This document shows, piece after piece, positions 49,609-62,505 of a stretch of DNA of 64,000 bases. Numbering within the stretch: position 1 is the stretch's first letter; every line of letters begins with the position of its first letter. The stretch comes from Azolla caroliniana (taxonomy: Eukaryota; Plantae; Polypodiophyta). The notes under the pieces were generated by a model that did no database searches, was not told where the DNA came from, and worked only from the letters and a program-made list of their open reading frames with translations. The DNA lies in contig JBHGNT010000016.1 of the NCBI GenBank assembly GCA_043228905.1, forward strand, positions 17,112,001 through 17,176,000, read 5' to 3'. Both the position numbers and the translations under genes were made by a program.

Positions 49609-50551
49609 CATCCAATGCACCCTACTCAAATAGATGCTCTACAAATCCAACAAAGAATGGGACATTGCGATTCATCCAAGATGCCCAATTAGTTAACAAA
49701 GTTACCATTTACAATGCTAAGATTGGACTGAGTATATGGATGAATTCACAAACATTTGTAGGAAGATTAATACAATTGACTGGTGACTTCTACTCAATAT
49801 ATGACTAATTCCAGCTGGCCCTCCACTTAGGATAATGTATAAATAGTTCAAGTTAGTGTTGGATAGTAGAGATATTACCATGATGTCAACTTCCATTGGG
49901 TTAGTTAGAATGTGTACAATGCCTCAAGCTTACATGTTCATGTGACAAAATGATGGCAAGCAAGCTCAATGGATGCTTACGACCATATCTAGAGTTCAAC
50001 CGAATAGATTACAAAAGCCTAATCGGACTAGAGTGGCCATGATATCGATCTGGTAAACAAAGACCAACCTTGCATTGAACTCGATTTAGGCAAAATAATG
50101 AGATCAAGGATGAGGTGCATCACATAAACTTATTAAAAATTTGAGAACCTAATCCACATGAATACATTTATGCATTGACGGTATATGCTCTCCTGGACAG
50201 GGGAGGGTCCTACTATAATTGTAAGCTAAATTTCTATTGACATACAACCAATCATTCCATGTATATATATTTCGAATTAAAAACTCACTCTTACTTTCAA
50301 AACATACAATGAGCTGTCCACAATTGCAGAGGTCAGCAAAACCTTGAAATTAAATACTATTTTATAAGAATCTGCTTTACTATTATTTCCAAAATAAAGA
50401 TCACTCAGTCACAACAGCAAAAAACTGTACACTTAGAAGAGGAAATTGAACTTTTTTCGGGGTAATATACAACTCATTTTCTAAAATGATATACACCATC
50501 CTTTGGTTTCACATTCTTTAAGCTCTTTTTTCCGTTCTCCTTGATGAAGAC

Positions 50552-52038
50552 TTAACATGGCACTGGAGTGATGCACTCAACATCAGAATAAGGCTGCAAA
50601 GCCTTAATTTTCACACAATACTTCCGATGCTCAGGTGTTCCACCGTTGAAATCTGAAACATCATTTCTTTGGAAAGATACTTTCATCTCTTTTGAGTCAG
50701 AATGACCATATCCAATAACATTTCCACACTTCCCACACAAAAGTTTGGTTCTTAACTGGTGAAGTCCTAGGGAGCCATTTGAATGCAGAAACGGTGCACA
50801 CTTGAATTCATCCACTTGCTTGAATCTGGTCTCATCTATGCAGAGAAATGAGATTTTCCCTTTACGAAGAGCTTTTGTGTTTATGCTTGATACCAGCCTT
50901 TGGGAAGAACTGAGGTTGAGAGGATACCCACAAGCTCCACAGCTATAATCAAACCACCATTGAAAACAAGAAAACATCAGATAATTTCACATCAGTGATC
51001 AACCCCTAGGAAACAGAAGAAAAAGAACATTTCCCACTTTCACCCGCAAGATACACGAATCAAAGTGCAAATATTAATAAATTGAGCAACCGTATAACAC
51101 CAGCATGTAAAATCAGAGATTAGGTATGTCTATCAGATGCTTTAACACCAGAAATTTACTTCCCATTCTTCTAAATCAAAAAAACTTCGAAATCGTTTAT
51201 TTACCTATGCTACGATGCCTTCTGAGCATAGTTATTAAAAAAAAATCATATACTAAGTTTAGACTACATACATTTTAAAATAATCTGAAGTACTCTACAC
51301 ATATTCTGCGTATTCCGAGCATTCAACGTATTTAATATATTCTACATGTATTTTAATATGTAAAATATGTATTCTAATGTAGAATACTTAGCAGACGTAT
51401 TCTACAACAATGTTTCTGAGTGATTGTAGGACAAGAAAATTGGGATTGTAGTGATTGTAAGAACTATGTATCAGATAGAACATACATAATACCTTTATTC
51501 CTTTTTACTCACAATACAATCATAATCTAGTAACCAAATTCTTTTGGTCTACTAAAAGGAGTTGTTTTAAAGTTAATACTATTTTTCCTTCTGGAAGATA
51601 TATTAATATACAAATCTTCTTTAACGGGCTAGTGGAGAAGAAAGTGAATTCTTCTGCTAGAAATGGTTACTTTGAAAGTACCTTTTTTTCTTTTGGAATA
51701 CATACTTATTTATAAAACTTCTATCATGGGCTAGAGCTAGAATGTGAATCCTCTGCACCATACCAAGATCCATATAAGATATTTATAAAGATCAAAGACC
51801 AACGCACTACAGAGATTTTTTAATTGTTCACTGACAAGAAATGAATAAGATAGACAACTAGAATCGCATAAGACACCATTACAGTCTTGGTTTCGGAAAC
51901 ACATAGCTTATCAACATTCCAGATGCATAAAATATAAGAGCCACCAAAAAGTGGATTTTTCCTTCTTAGTTGTCAAAAAGTATGCAAGATGAAAGATCAA
52001 AATGAGCATTACCTGTATAGAACATCTCGATCAGACAT
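50552..52038 (-). CDS. At4g08330-like small Cys-rich (putative zinc-binding) protein, 138 aa; exons 52038-52013 and 50942-50552; 5'-UTR exons probably extend to ~53400
   Basis: MSDRDVLYSCGACGYPLNLSS...ISFLCIDETRF...RTKLLCGKCGNVIGYG...KYCVKIKALQP; GT-AG intron in phase 2. Family recognised from motif memory. Confidence 0.82.
51227..51412. mobile_element. hAT-like MITE (same family as 49279), 8-bp TSD CTTCTGAG/TTTCTGAG, intronic
   Basis: Starts CATAGTT, ends TATTCTACAACAATG; TSD at 51219-51226 and 51413-51420. Confidence 0.7.
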
Positions 52039-55000
52039 TGTCGTCGGAAGAAAACAAAGAAAAATGATAAAGTAACCTGAAAGACATGTAGCAGATTCCG
52101 ATGTAAGAAATTCAAGAAAGCCAATGAATTCATTTTTTCTGAGAAACGATGGTAAATCTGTGTTCACAAATACGGAAATATCTCATCAGTTTAAATACAA
52201 CTAGGAATGAATCAATCAAAAAACTTTAACACGGTCTGAAAGATTTTGATATATTTATATTGAGCAATGATGGACAAATCAATCTCAAAGCAAGTCTTTG
52301 ATTCTAAGTGCAAGGAAACGTTTCAATAATTAATTTAAATATACTGATCAATCTCGAATAGAACTGTTTAGGCAAATCTTCATTTCTACATACACAGAAA
52401 GATCGTTACAAAAGCTAAAGACAGATAATTGGACAATGCATGCATATAATAGCTTAGTTTCTATATGTTCTGATAAATTATGAATCATCCATAAGTGATG
52501 CAAACGCGTTTCTACATTTATTGAAAGACTTTGATCCAAAAATTGCTGTTATAACTTATGACTTATACTGAAGAATCTGAGGGACATTCACATACTGAGA
52601 ATGCACTGCATGATGCGCGATACAAAGAGAAGGCATGCTTCTAAATACCTTCAAGAAATGCTTCTCTCTTTCCGTCTCCACGCTTCTGTCTCAAGAAACA
52701 GCTATGGTTATAGTTTGCAGTAATTTATACGCAAGGAGTCGAACGATCCTCATATACTGAGAGAATGATGGATAAAGCGTGAGAATTAGAGAGAATCTAT
52801 CTTCATACACTCAAAACGTCGGCGGATGATCATGAATACAGAAGAGAAACTATTTTCATCTTCTGGAAAACGACGGATAAATCAAGTTGTACCGGAAACA
52901 CGCCTACTTTTCTGTACTGAGATGGATAAAGCACGAGTAAAAGAGAGAAACGGTACCTTGATGGAACGAGACGAAGCCCCTACTTCCCGTTATGCTTCTG
53001 ATGTCTCTGATTCTTCTTCTTCTTCTTCTTCTTCTTCTTCTTTCCTTTTCCGTTCTTGTTTCCGCCTCTTCTTCTTACTTCCTTCAGTTTCCGGTTCTTC
53101 TTCTTTACTTCATCTGTGTCGGCCAATCTCCTGGGGTGTTTGCTGCTTTCTGTTCACGTTGATCCTACTTCCAGCTCGGGTTCTTCCTCCCTTCTGTTTC
53201 CGTTTTTGTCTGTTTTTCGTCGATTGTCTGCTGCTGTTCTTTCTTCTGTTGTCTGATTTTTGGGCAGAGAAATACATACATACATACATACTGTATAGCA
53301 GCAGGCTTTACCGTTTCCTGAGAAACGGTCGAAAGAAGGAAAGGAGGGGGCGGGGGCGGCCGTTTCACACTTGGCCATCTCTCGCTGTCTCATTGAGTTA
53401 GACTGAGGTGTCCGGCCTCCTCCAGACCAAAACCCTCACACACAAACCGTATATATAGACTCGCATTGCCAGCACGGATTTTTCTTTCATCTCGATTCAA
53501 ATTCCTCAGCCCCGAGAAAAACGTGTCCCGCCGACTGTATGTATTTGTATTGCTTCAATTTCTATTACGTGTTCGTTTCGCCCGGTATTTCTCGTGTTGT
53601 CACACACGTCTGAACTTCAATCAGCAATTGCAATCATTGTTGCCAAGTTTTAAGCTTGAGCATTCCTTGTTGTCTAGGTAAAAAGCACCAGTAGCAAGTA
53701 GGTGTGGATGAATCAGATGTGTGAATGTTGGCTTGAGTAACACAAACATTTGTGAGAAATGTAATGCCCCGAAAAAACCAAGGGCTCCCGTGCAAGGTTC
53801 ATCCAGGAAGGGTGTTACAAGGCCTATGATCACGCCGGATGGCATCACCAATGGGTAATAGGTTAATATTCTTGTATTGCCCCTTGTTAATCTTAAGGGA
53901 TGGAGAAGGTTACGTTAGTTGAAACTTGGTTATCAGTTTAACGTATGAGGGGTAGCTAAAATGCCCCCACGCCTTGGCAATGATTAGCTCTCTCCATTTA
54001 AGCTATGGTTTGTTGTGGTTTTCATTTTCTGCTTTTCCTTTCCTCTTCCAGTGATAATTTCCATGAGAATTTCATCCTAATGTGAAACTTGATTTTTTCG
54101 TGCTTTTTTTCCTCTACATTCGCCACATCATGACAACTCCACTTGTTATCCACCGCAAGATTGTGGGTATAACATGCTCACCCAAGCCACCACCATGATG
54201 CACCATATAAAAGGTGGGACTACACATCCTCAAGCCCCATCCTTCCCTATGTGACCCTACCAAGCAATCCGACATACACCTCTATATTGATAAGCAAATG
54301 AACATATCCCCTCGTACCCAACAGCACAATAGTTTCTAAAAACTATATACCTATCTATGGAATCTCTCCATTACGAGATCACTACCCTAGCATATGAACA
54401 TCATATCCATTACCAAGAATATTAATGACACCACTTTGAGGCTTGCCACTCTAGTTGCTCTTCGTGCCTCATAATGAACCAAGGGTCTTTTCATGATCAT
54501 TGAGATTGCCACAATCTACTAAAGCACATACATTGTGCTCGATAGGCTAGGTATGCCAAACGTCTTGCTCAACACCCCACTCCCCCACACATAGGATGTT
54601 CATAACAACCAACACAAGCAATCCCTCATGGTGCCCACACTTGCCAACCTAGTGTTTTTTACATAGCCAACTAAACCACTTCAATAACCAATGCAGAAAA
54701 ACACCAATTGCAAACCTTAGGCTTCCAAGGCAAAAATTTGGTAGAAAATTTGTGTCTCTTATACAAGAATAAGTATAAGAGACACACAACAATGTTGCAC
54801 CATATTCCCCTCACTCAACTTGACCTAACCTTTTGACCTAACCTACCATCCCAATGATATTCAACTAGCATTACAAAGCTAGCAAGGTGTCTCTTTCCCT
54901 CAATGACGCATCCACAAGAACCTTGACCATCCTTCAATGCATTTTGGTGGTTGTGGCACTCGTCAATTCCCACTAATGAACTCCTAGTGCTTCATGAAAA

Positions 55001-56038
55001 TTCTCTAATGTTCAAATTCTAGGGTAAAGATTTTAATGTCCTAAAGGTAGTTATCAACAGTGGATTAGTGTTGATTTTATAGGCTTGAAGCTTATGAGCT
55101 TGTGAACTTAAAATGTGGATTAAAACTTGCCTATTTCGTGTTCCAATCGAAAACAAATTTGATACACAACCAACATCAAGCACGATTCCTTGTACTAAGT
55201 AATCACCTTTCCATAGGTAACAAGGTAAAGTTACCCACCAAACTAAGATCACAACATAGCGAGATAACCACAAAGAGATGGAGTTGAAAGGTTGGATGTC
55301 GTGGAGGAAATTGACATAAAAGAATAATTGACCCACTACCCACACGCCATTCCTTTATTCAGATTATTATATTACAAATAGCCACAAAATATTGTCAACC
55401 ATTATTGATGGTCACTACAATTCTTGTTGCCATGATTGCCACGTTGAATATCCATATCGTGGATGTATAAAACAAAACTATTGTTGTAACCCCCCTTAAG
55501 AGGTAAAAAACTAACCAAGTCATTGGATTCCTTGAACTATAGAAAACGGGGCTTAAAGAGATAAAGTTTGGCTTGAAAGATGATCAATGAGTCATGTAGA
55601 TCAATAAGGGAATATCACTATTATTTTGGTGGCAACTGATGAGGATCGACCATCCACAACTGGTTAACAATCGTACGTATGTGAGGGAGTGCAAAGATCG
55701 TGAAGACAGAAAACAAATAAAACCAAAGTACAGAGACACAAGATTTTACGTGGAAACCCCAAAAGGGAAAAAATCACGGGAGTTCACAGACTCCAAGAAA
55801 AATCACTAACAATAAGAGGAATGTACAAGTAAGAATCTCAAGGCAACGACCTTGAGTTTTTCTTTGTCTAGCAGACGTCTTCGGCACACGTCCAACTTCT
55901 CTACCGACAACACCTTCGTCAGCATGTCTGATCCGTTCTCCGCAATGTGGATCTCCATTAGAGCAAAGTCCTTCTCTTCTACCCTCTCCCGGAGCCAATG
56001 GTATCTCCTGTGGATGTGCTTGGTCCTTGAGTGGTAAG

Positions 56039-59000
56039 TGTTGAGAAGCAAGCTCAACATGGTATGTGATGCTTATGAGAAATAAGCTATAGTAGCTATT
56101 TAGCTACTAGTGAACAAAAAGGTAAAACAACTATTTAGCTATGGACAGCTAATTAGCGACTGAACAGCTATTTAGCTAGTGACAGCTAATTAGCTAGTGA
56201 CAGCTAATTAGCTAGTGAACAGCTATTTAGCGACTGACAGCTAATTAGCTACTGGCAGCTAATTAGCTGCATGTGTAATAACTTATGACTTAGGTAAAAG
56301 TAAGTGAGAGTGAATAGAAAGGTAGAAGTAAGAAAAAACAGAGAATAGTGAGTAGAGAACTCTGAGAGAGAGTGAGAGACCAGAAGACTGACGAGAGCAA
56401 GTTGAGCTCTACATGTAATAGAAGAAAACCATTTTGCTACTACAGAGGTAAGTCCCCTTTCCTTTCTCTGTCTGTTTAGAGCACGCTAACGATCCAGCAC
56501 ACTACGATCCGCCGCGCACATAAGAAGAGCCCGAGTGCCTTCTTCACGTTTTCTTAACATGGTATCAGAGCAGAGTAGCTCGTAAGGAAGAGTATAGCAG
56601 TGCCTTAATCTGAGAAAGTTACTTCTCTGGTTGCTGATCAGAAATCAGAAAGTTACTTGTTGAAGTAACTAAAGCAAAACCCTGGTTTTTGGAAGGAAAA
56701 AATGGCTGCAGAGAATGTAGGCCAAATGGTCACAGAGAAATTAGATAAAAACAATTTCCCGGCGTGGAAATTCAGAATGACAAACTTTCTGATGGGGAAA
56801 GGATACTGGGATTACATTGAAGGAGACCTAGAAGAGGCTCCAGAGATCCCAGAAGAGAATGCAACAGCTGCACATATTAAGGCATTCAAAGATTGGAATC
56901 AAGGGGCAAGGAAGGTAATGCATTGGCTCTCACTTAGTATCTCAGATTCAATGCTTGGGCATATACAAGATGCTATGCTCCCAAAAGAAGCTTGGGACAA
57001 CTTGGTAAAACTGTTTGCTGTGAACACAAAGGCTAGAAAGCTCCAGTTAAAGACTGAGCTAAATACCTTGGAGAAAGGTAAGATGTCAATAAATGAATAT
57101 GCCCTAAAAATCAAGAGTATATGTGAATCACTTGCTTCTATCAATGTGAAGATAGAAGATGAGGACAAAGTGGAAATATGCTTAAGAGGCTTAGGACCTC
57201 AATACAAGAGTTTTAAAACTTCTATGCTCACAAGGGATAGTATCCCAAGTTTTTCAGATCTGGTCTCAATGCTTGTGGTAGAGGAAAGGAATCAGATGGA
57301 TGATGCAAATAAAGGAAACTCAGAGAACGAGGGGCAAGCCCTCTATAATAATGCCGGAAGAGGCCGAGGAAGAGGCCATGGAAGATTTGGCTCAGGAAGA
57401 ACCAATAATAATGGCTTTCAAGGAAGAGGACAACAAGCTCATAGAGGAGGAAACAACAACAGAGGCAGGGGGAGCAACCGAAGTAGAGGTAAGCAAACTT
57501 ATGTAAATGATGATGGCTGCTGGTATTGTGGTAAACCAGGCCATACACAGGCTGAATGTTACAAGAAACAAAATGATGAGAAAAGAAGAAAAGGACAACA
57601 GAGTAACTATGCCTCTACTAGTGAAGATTGTGAAAAGGAAGGTGGTTTTGTAGTGCAACATGAGATAGCAGCAGTGGCTGAAAGCTCACAGAAATGTAAT
57701 GAAGAGTTTACGTGGTATGTAGACTCGGGGGCATCTAACCATATGACTGGACATGCAAATTGGTTTGAGAGTTTAAGAGAACCAGAGGTTCCTGGTTATG
57801 TACAAACAGGTGATGACACAACTCACCAAATAAAACATGTTGGAGATATCCCATTGTGGGAAGAAAGAGGAAAAACCAAGTATATGTTGAATGTGATGCA
57901 TGTTCCAAACCTTGCTAAGAATCTGATTTCTGTTGGACAGATTGTGGAGCAAGGTATGCAAGTGAAGTTTAAGCAAAGTGGATGCTATATAGAAAAGAAT
58001 GGGAAGCTCATTGCAAAAGGGAAGAGACAAGGAAGAATGTTTATCTTGGATGTAGAAATGCCCAAACAGATTTCAGCCATGTTTGCAAATGGAACGAGTG
58101 TAATCTCAGATGTGGAAATGTGGCATAAAAGGATTGGCCATATAAGTATGCAAACATTAAAGAATATGTTGAGAAAAGATGCAGTGGCTGGACTACCAAA
58201 CTTGAAAAAGTGTGAAATGGGAAAAGTATGTGAAGCATGTCAATATGGTAAGCAAAACAGGTTGCCATTCCCTCATGAGAGACATGTAAGCAAAAATCTG
58301 TTGGATTTGGTACATACAGATGTATGGGGACCAAGAAAGAATGCATCTATTGGTGGATGCAGATTTTATGTTACATTTATCGATGATTGTTCACGGAAGA
58401 CATGGGTGTACTTCATGAAGGAGAAAAGTGAAGTATTTGACTGTTTTCGTAAGTTTAAATGCATGGTAGAAAAGCAGGCTGGTACAAGGATAAAATGTTT
58501 GAGATCTGATGGAGGAGGAGAGTATTTCTCCAATGAATTTTCTGATTTTTTGTGTAATCAGGGAATAAGAAGACAGTTCACATGCCGATATACCCCACAG
58601 CAAAATGGAGTTGCTGAGAGGAAAAACAGAACTTTGGTGAACATAGCAAGGGCAATGATGACTGAGAAGAACATGCCATTATACTATTGGGCAGAAGCTG
58701 TAAATACAGCAAATTATATTCTAAATAGATGTATAACATCGGGAGTACATGAAGCAACCCCTGAAGAGTGTTTCTATGGAAGGAAACCTAGTATAGAACA
58801 CTTAAAAGTGTTTGGATGCCTTGCATATGTACATGTGCCTGCAGAAGTAAGAAGTAAGCTGGATCCAAAGGCAGAAAAATGTATTTTTGTTGGCTATTCA
58901 GAAGAACAAAAAGGGTATAGATGCTATAACCCTGTAACAAAGAAGATTGTGACAAGTAGGGATGTAATCTTTGATGAGTTAGCCAGCTGGTATAGTCCAA

Positions 59001-61570
59001 AACAGAATCCAGAGACTGATGAAGACAATGAGAATGAAGACAAAGACAGATCAGAAAATGTAGAAGACTGTCACAGAGATGGAGACAAGGTTGGACAGCA
59101 AAGTCCAACATCAACAGAATGTTCTGGACCATCAAAAAGCTCAGATGGTAAATCTGATTCAAATTCATGGAGTGGAAAAACTGGACAGAAAAAATCTGAT
59201 GACAAAAAAGGAAAACAGAAAATGCCAGAGTATGAAATCCCGGATGATCTATCAAAAAACATGGAAGATGAAGATTCAGATATGTCTTTGGATGATTTCC
59301 TTGGAATACAGGAAATGAAAATCCCTGGTATGGAAAAGGCAATAAAGAATGCAAATCAGAAACTGAGAAGATCAGATAGAGAGAAAAAGACTGTGGAAAG
59401 ATTTGGGTATGATACATATATGGCTATGCACTATGCATATATGTCTAAGGTGGTACAGATCCCTGACCCAAACAGCTTTGAAGAAGCAAAATCTGAGAAG
59501 AAATGGATGGATGCAATGCAAGAAGAGATTGATGCATTGGCTGAGAACAAAACGTGGGATTTAGTGAAGTTACCAAAAGAGAAAAATGTGGTAGGCTGCA
59601 AATGGGTCTACAAGACAAAGCATGACTCCAATGGAAATGTAAGTAGACATAAAGCAAGATTGGTTGCAAAAGGATATGCTCAGATGCAAGGGATTGATTA
59701 TGATGAGACTTTTGCACTGGTTGCAAAGATGGCAACCTTGAGAACACTACTTGCTGTAGGAGCAGCCAGAAAATGGATTTTGCATCACATGGATGTAAAA
59801 AATGCTTTTTTACATGGTAACTTGGAAGAAGAAGTGTATATGAGTCAACCACCAGGTTTTGAAGATAAGAAACAACCTGATTATGTATGTAAGCTGAAAA
59901 AAGCTCTCTATGGACTGAAACAGGCACCAAGAGCATGGCACAGAGAACTTTCAGATTCTCTGAAAAATCTTGGTTTCAAAATGTCAAAAGCTGATCCTTC
60001 TTTGTATGTAAAAAGTGAAAATGATTGCATTGTTATTATTCTGATTTATGTAGATGATTTGATTATTGGAGGAGATTCCGTGGATGAAATAAGAAAGTTG
60101 AAAAAAAATCTGGAAATGCAGTTTCATATGAAAGATTTGGGAGATCTGAGATATTTTCTTGGTATTGAAATCATCAGATCTGAAAGTGGTATATGTATGT
60201 TGCAAAAACAGTATGCAACAACTATGTTGAAAAAGTATGGTATGTTTGGATGCAAACCTATTGCTGTACCACTTGATAAAAACTGCAAGTTGAGGGCTGA
60301 TTTGGGAGCCAAGATAGAAGATGTAAACATGTACAGGTCTATGGTGGGCAGCCTTATTTATTTGACTATAACAAGACCTGATTTGAGCTATGTTGTTGGA
60401 TTAGTCAGCCAGTTTATGCAACAGCCAACAAAGCCACATTTGGACTGCATCAGAAGGATTCTGAGGTATGTAAAAGCAACTCAGAACTTTGGACTATTTT
60501 ACAGGGCTGATCTAGACATAAATCTGGAAGGATATACAGATGCTGATTGGGCTGGAAGCCAAACAGACAGGAGATCCACAAGTGGATACATGTTTACCTT
60601 GGGAAGTGCAAGAATTTCATGGAGTAGCAAGAAACAAGCTACTGTTGCATTGTCCAGTACAGAAGCTGAGTATAGAGGGGCTGCAATAGCCACATGTGAA
60701 GAAGTATGGATCAGAAGACTGCTTGCTGATCTGGGAGTATATATAGATGGTGCTGTCACAATCTGGTGTGACAATATGAGCAGCATTCAGCTTGCAAAGA
60801 ACCCAGTGTTCCATGCAAGAACAAAGCACATTGAGGTGCATTATCACTTTGTTAGAGAAAAAGTGATGGAAGGTGAAGTTGATCTGGTGTATGTGAATAC
60901 AAGTCAGCAGGTTGCTGATATCCTTACGAAGGGATTGAGTGTGGAAAAACATACACAGTTTCGGAACATGATGGGAGTTGTAAACATTGATGAGATGGAT
61001 AAAAAGCAAAATGGAAAAGAAGATTGAAGAGAACCTCAAGCAAGAATAAGTTGAGCTTGAGGGGGAGTGTTGAGAAGCAAGCTCAACATGGTATGTGATG
61101 CTTATGAGAAATAAGCTATAGTAGCTATTTAGCTACTAGTGAACAAAAAGGTAAAACAGCTATTTAGCTATGGACAGCTAATTAGCGACTGAACAGCTAT
61201 TTAGCTAGTGACAGCTAATTAGCTAGTGAACAACTATTTAGCGACTGACAGCTAATTAGCTACTGGCAGCTAATTAGCTGCATGTGTAATAACTTATGAC
61301 TTAGGTAAAAGTAAGTGAGAGTGAATAGAAAGGTAGAAGTAAGAAAAAACAGAGAATAGTGAGTAGAGAACTCTGAGAGAGAGTGAGAGACCAGAAGACT
61401 GACGAGAGCAAGTTGAGCTCTACATGTAATAGAAGAAAACCATTTTGCTACTACAGAGGTAAGTCCCCTTTCCTTTCTCTGTCTGTTTAGAGCACGCTAA
61501 CGATCCAGCACACTACGATCCGCCGCGCACATAAGAAGAGCCCGAGTGCCTTCTTCACGTTTTCTTAACA
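56039..61570 (+). mobile_element. Young, apparently intact Ty1/Copia; LTRs 56039-56559 and 61068-61570; PBS tRNA-iMet 56560-56571; PPT 61059-61067; TSD GTAAG
   Basis: TG...CA LTRs nearly identical (about 2 substitutions and one 18-bp repeat-unit indel by eye). TGGTATCAGAGC; GAGGGGGAG; GTAAG at 56034-56038 and 61571-61575. Confidence 0.97.
56702..61027 (+). CDS. Copia gag-pol polyprotein, 1441 aa, uninterrupted
   Basis: CWYCGKPGHTQAEC; WYVDSGASNH; WHKRIGH..CEAC; HTDVWGP, SDGGGEY, NGVAERKNR; KARLVAKG, MDVKNAFLHG, LYGLKQAPRAW, YVDD; DADW, EAEY, CDN, KHIEVHYHF. Confidence 0.97.
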   Translation: MAAENVGQMVTEKLDKNNFPAWKFRMTNFLMGKGYWDYIEGDLEEAPEIPEENATAAHIKAFKDWNQGARKVMHWLSLSISDSMLGHIQDAMLPKEAWDNLVKLFAVNTKARKLQLKTELNTLEKGKMSINEYALKIKSICESLASINVKIEDEDKVEICLRGLGPQYKSFKTSMLTRDSIPSFSDLVSMLVVEERNQMDDANKGNSENEGQALYNNAGRGRGRGHGRFGSGRTNNNGFQGRGQQAHRGGNNNRGRGSNRSRGKQTYVNDDGCWYCGKPGHTQAECYKKQNDEKRRKGQQSNYASTSEDCEKEGGFVVQHEIAAVAESSQKCNEEFTWYVDSGASNHMTGHANWFESLREPEVPGYVQTGDDTTHQIKHVGDIPLWEERGKTKYMLNVMHVPNLAKNLISVGQIVEQGMQVKFKQSGCYIEKNGKLIAKGKRQGRMFILDVEMPKQISAMFANGTSVISDVEMWHKRIGHISMQTLKNMLRKDAVAGLPNLKKCEMGKVCEACQYGKQNRLPFPHERHVSKNLLDLVHTDVWGPRKNASIGGCRFYVTFIDDCSRKTWVYFMKEKSEVFDCFRKFKCMVEKQAGTRIKCLRSDGGGEYFSNEFSDFLCNQGIRRQFTCRYTPQQNGVAERKNRTLVNIARAMMTEKNMPLYYWAEAVNTANYILNRCITSGVHEATPEECFYGRKPSIEHLKVFGCLAYVHVPAEVRSKLDPKAEKCIFVGYSEEQKGYRCYNPVTKKIVTSRDVIFDELASWYSPKQNPETDEDNENEDKDRSENVEDCHRDGDKVGQQSPTSTECSGPSKSSDGKSDSNSWSGKTGQKKSDDKKGKQKMPEYEIPDDLSKNMEDEDSDMSLDDFLGIQEMKIPGMEKAIKNANQKLRRSDREKKTVERFGYDTYMAMHYAYMSKVVQIPDPNSFEEAKSEKKWMDAMQEEIDALAENKTWDLVKLPKEKNVVGCKWVYKTKHDSNGNVSRHKARLVAKGYAQMQGIDYDETFALVAKMATLRTLLAVGAARKWILHHMDVKNAFLHGNLEEEVYMSQPPGFEDKKQPDYVCKLKKALYGLKQAPRAWHRELSDSLKNLGFKMSKADPSLYVKSENDCIVIILIYVDDLIIGGDSVDEIRKLKKNLEMQFHMKDLGDLRYFLGIEIIRSESGICMLQKQYATTMLKKYGMFGCKPIAVPLDKNCKLRADLGAKIEDVNMYRSMVGSLIYLTITRPDLSYVVGLVSQFMQQPTKPHLDCIRRILRYVKATQNFGLFYRADLDINLEGYTDADWAGSQTDRRSTSGYMFTLGSARISWSSKKQATVALSSTEAEYRGAAIATCEEVWIRRLLADLGVYIDGAVTIWCDNMSSIQLAKNPVFHARTKHIEVHYHFVREKVMEGEVDLVYVNTSQQVADILTKGLSVEKHTQFRNMMGVVNIDEMDKKQNGKED

Positions 61571-62409
61571 GTAAGTGGCATTCTTTGCAAGGTGGATGAC
61601 ACTTTGGTTGTCGCAATAGAGTAAAAATTCCTCCTATCGAATCTCCAACTCTCCGATGAACTCTTTCATCCAAATTATTTCCTTGCTGACTTCCATTACA
61701 ACCATATACTTTGATTCTGTGGTCGACAAAGCCACGGCCTTCTGTGGCCTCTACTATCACGAAATGGCTCCCATTGCATAAGTCATGACATATCTGGACG
61801 TTGTCGTGGATATCTGTGTATGTGTCGTATCGAGCCAAGACCACGAGGGTCTTGGACTAAGGAGAAGGAAGGAGAGAGGTCACTAAGCTGACAGTGTCCT
61901 ACCCGGCTCAGTTGTTCGAGATCTCTACAGAGCACACGGGCTCGTGAAACCTGCATCCGATCTAGGCTTATTGTCAGTTTCCAGACAATGAGCACACGGT
62001 TGAGGGACTCGAGTAGATGCACAAGAACAGATGTGGGATAAGTGACACCTCTCGGAGACAGGAACAAAGGAATAGACATTGACACAACACCGAGAGAGAG
62101 AATTGGATACAACAATACCAATAATATTTTATTAAACTAAGGCAAGAATACAATTGGAATCGGCTAGTGACAGAGCTTCGAGCTCAACAACACATGCACA
62201 CACGCAAAACTGATGAGCCTCTAGTCGGGAGCACACGGGCTTCCTACGCGAGTAGAGGCCTCAACTTCCCTCATCGAATTCTTAGAATAGAAAACCAAAA
62301 CTCAAAGCACAAACCGATAACGTCTCCTCCCCAAAACGATGGATCTCCAAAACAATTTCGACCCTCTCCTTTTGTACATAATCGAGAGTGATTATGTATA
62401 GTGGAAGTG

Positions 62410-62411
<2 letters not shown>

Positions 62412-62490
<79 letters not shown>

Positions 62491-62505
62491 AGAGAAATAG
62501 AGAGA
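62412..62505. repeat. Compound (GT)n(GA)n microsatellite
   Basis: Direct inspection. Confidence 0.95.

Larger units (their letters stand above)
47981..49930 (+). pseudogene. Right half of the old plus-strand Gypsy (protease end to RT), interrupted by a solo LTR and a MITE
   Basis: Continues the frame broken at 26378 (VQFLTIGLNHERNKD). Also YKTIDKKVK, IFTIPHVLW, ELLKEK, SNAPYSNR, KNGTLRFIQD, DSRDITMM. Confidence 0.75.
55810..61820 (-). pseudogene. Old Copia RNase H remnant (55810-56038 plus 61571-61820) split by the young Copia
   Basis: Minus strand reads ...KAVALSTTESKY..EVSKEIIWMKEFIGEL...LYCDNQSVIHLAKNAT|YHSRTKHIHRRYHWLRE...NGSDMLTK continuously across the insertion. Confidence 0.8.

Noticed and set aside
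52826-53401. 191-aa hydrophobic + strand ORF
   Set aside because: Arises from CT/CTT-rich low complexity overlapping the probable 5' UTR of the minus-strand gene.
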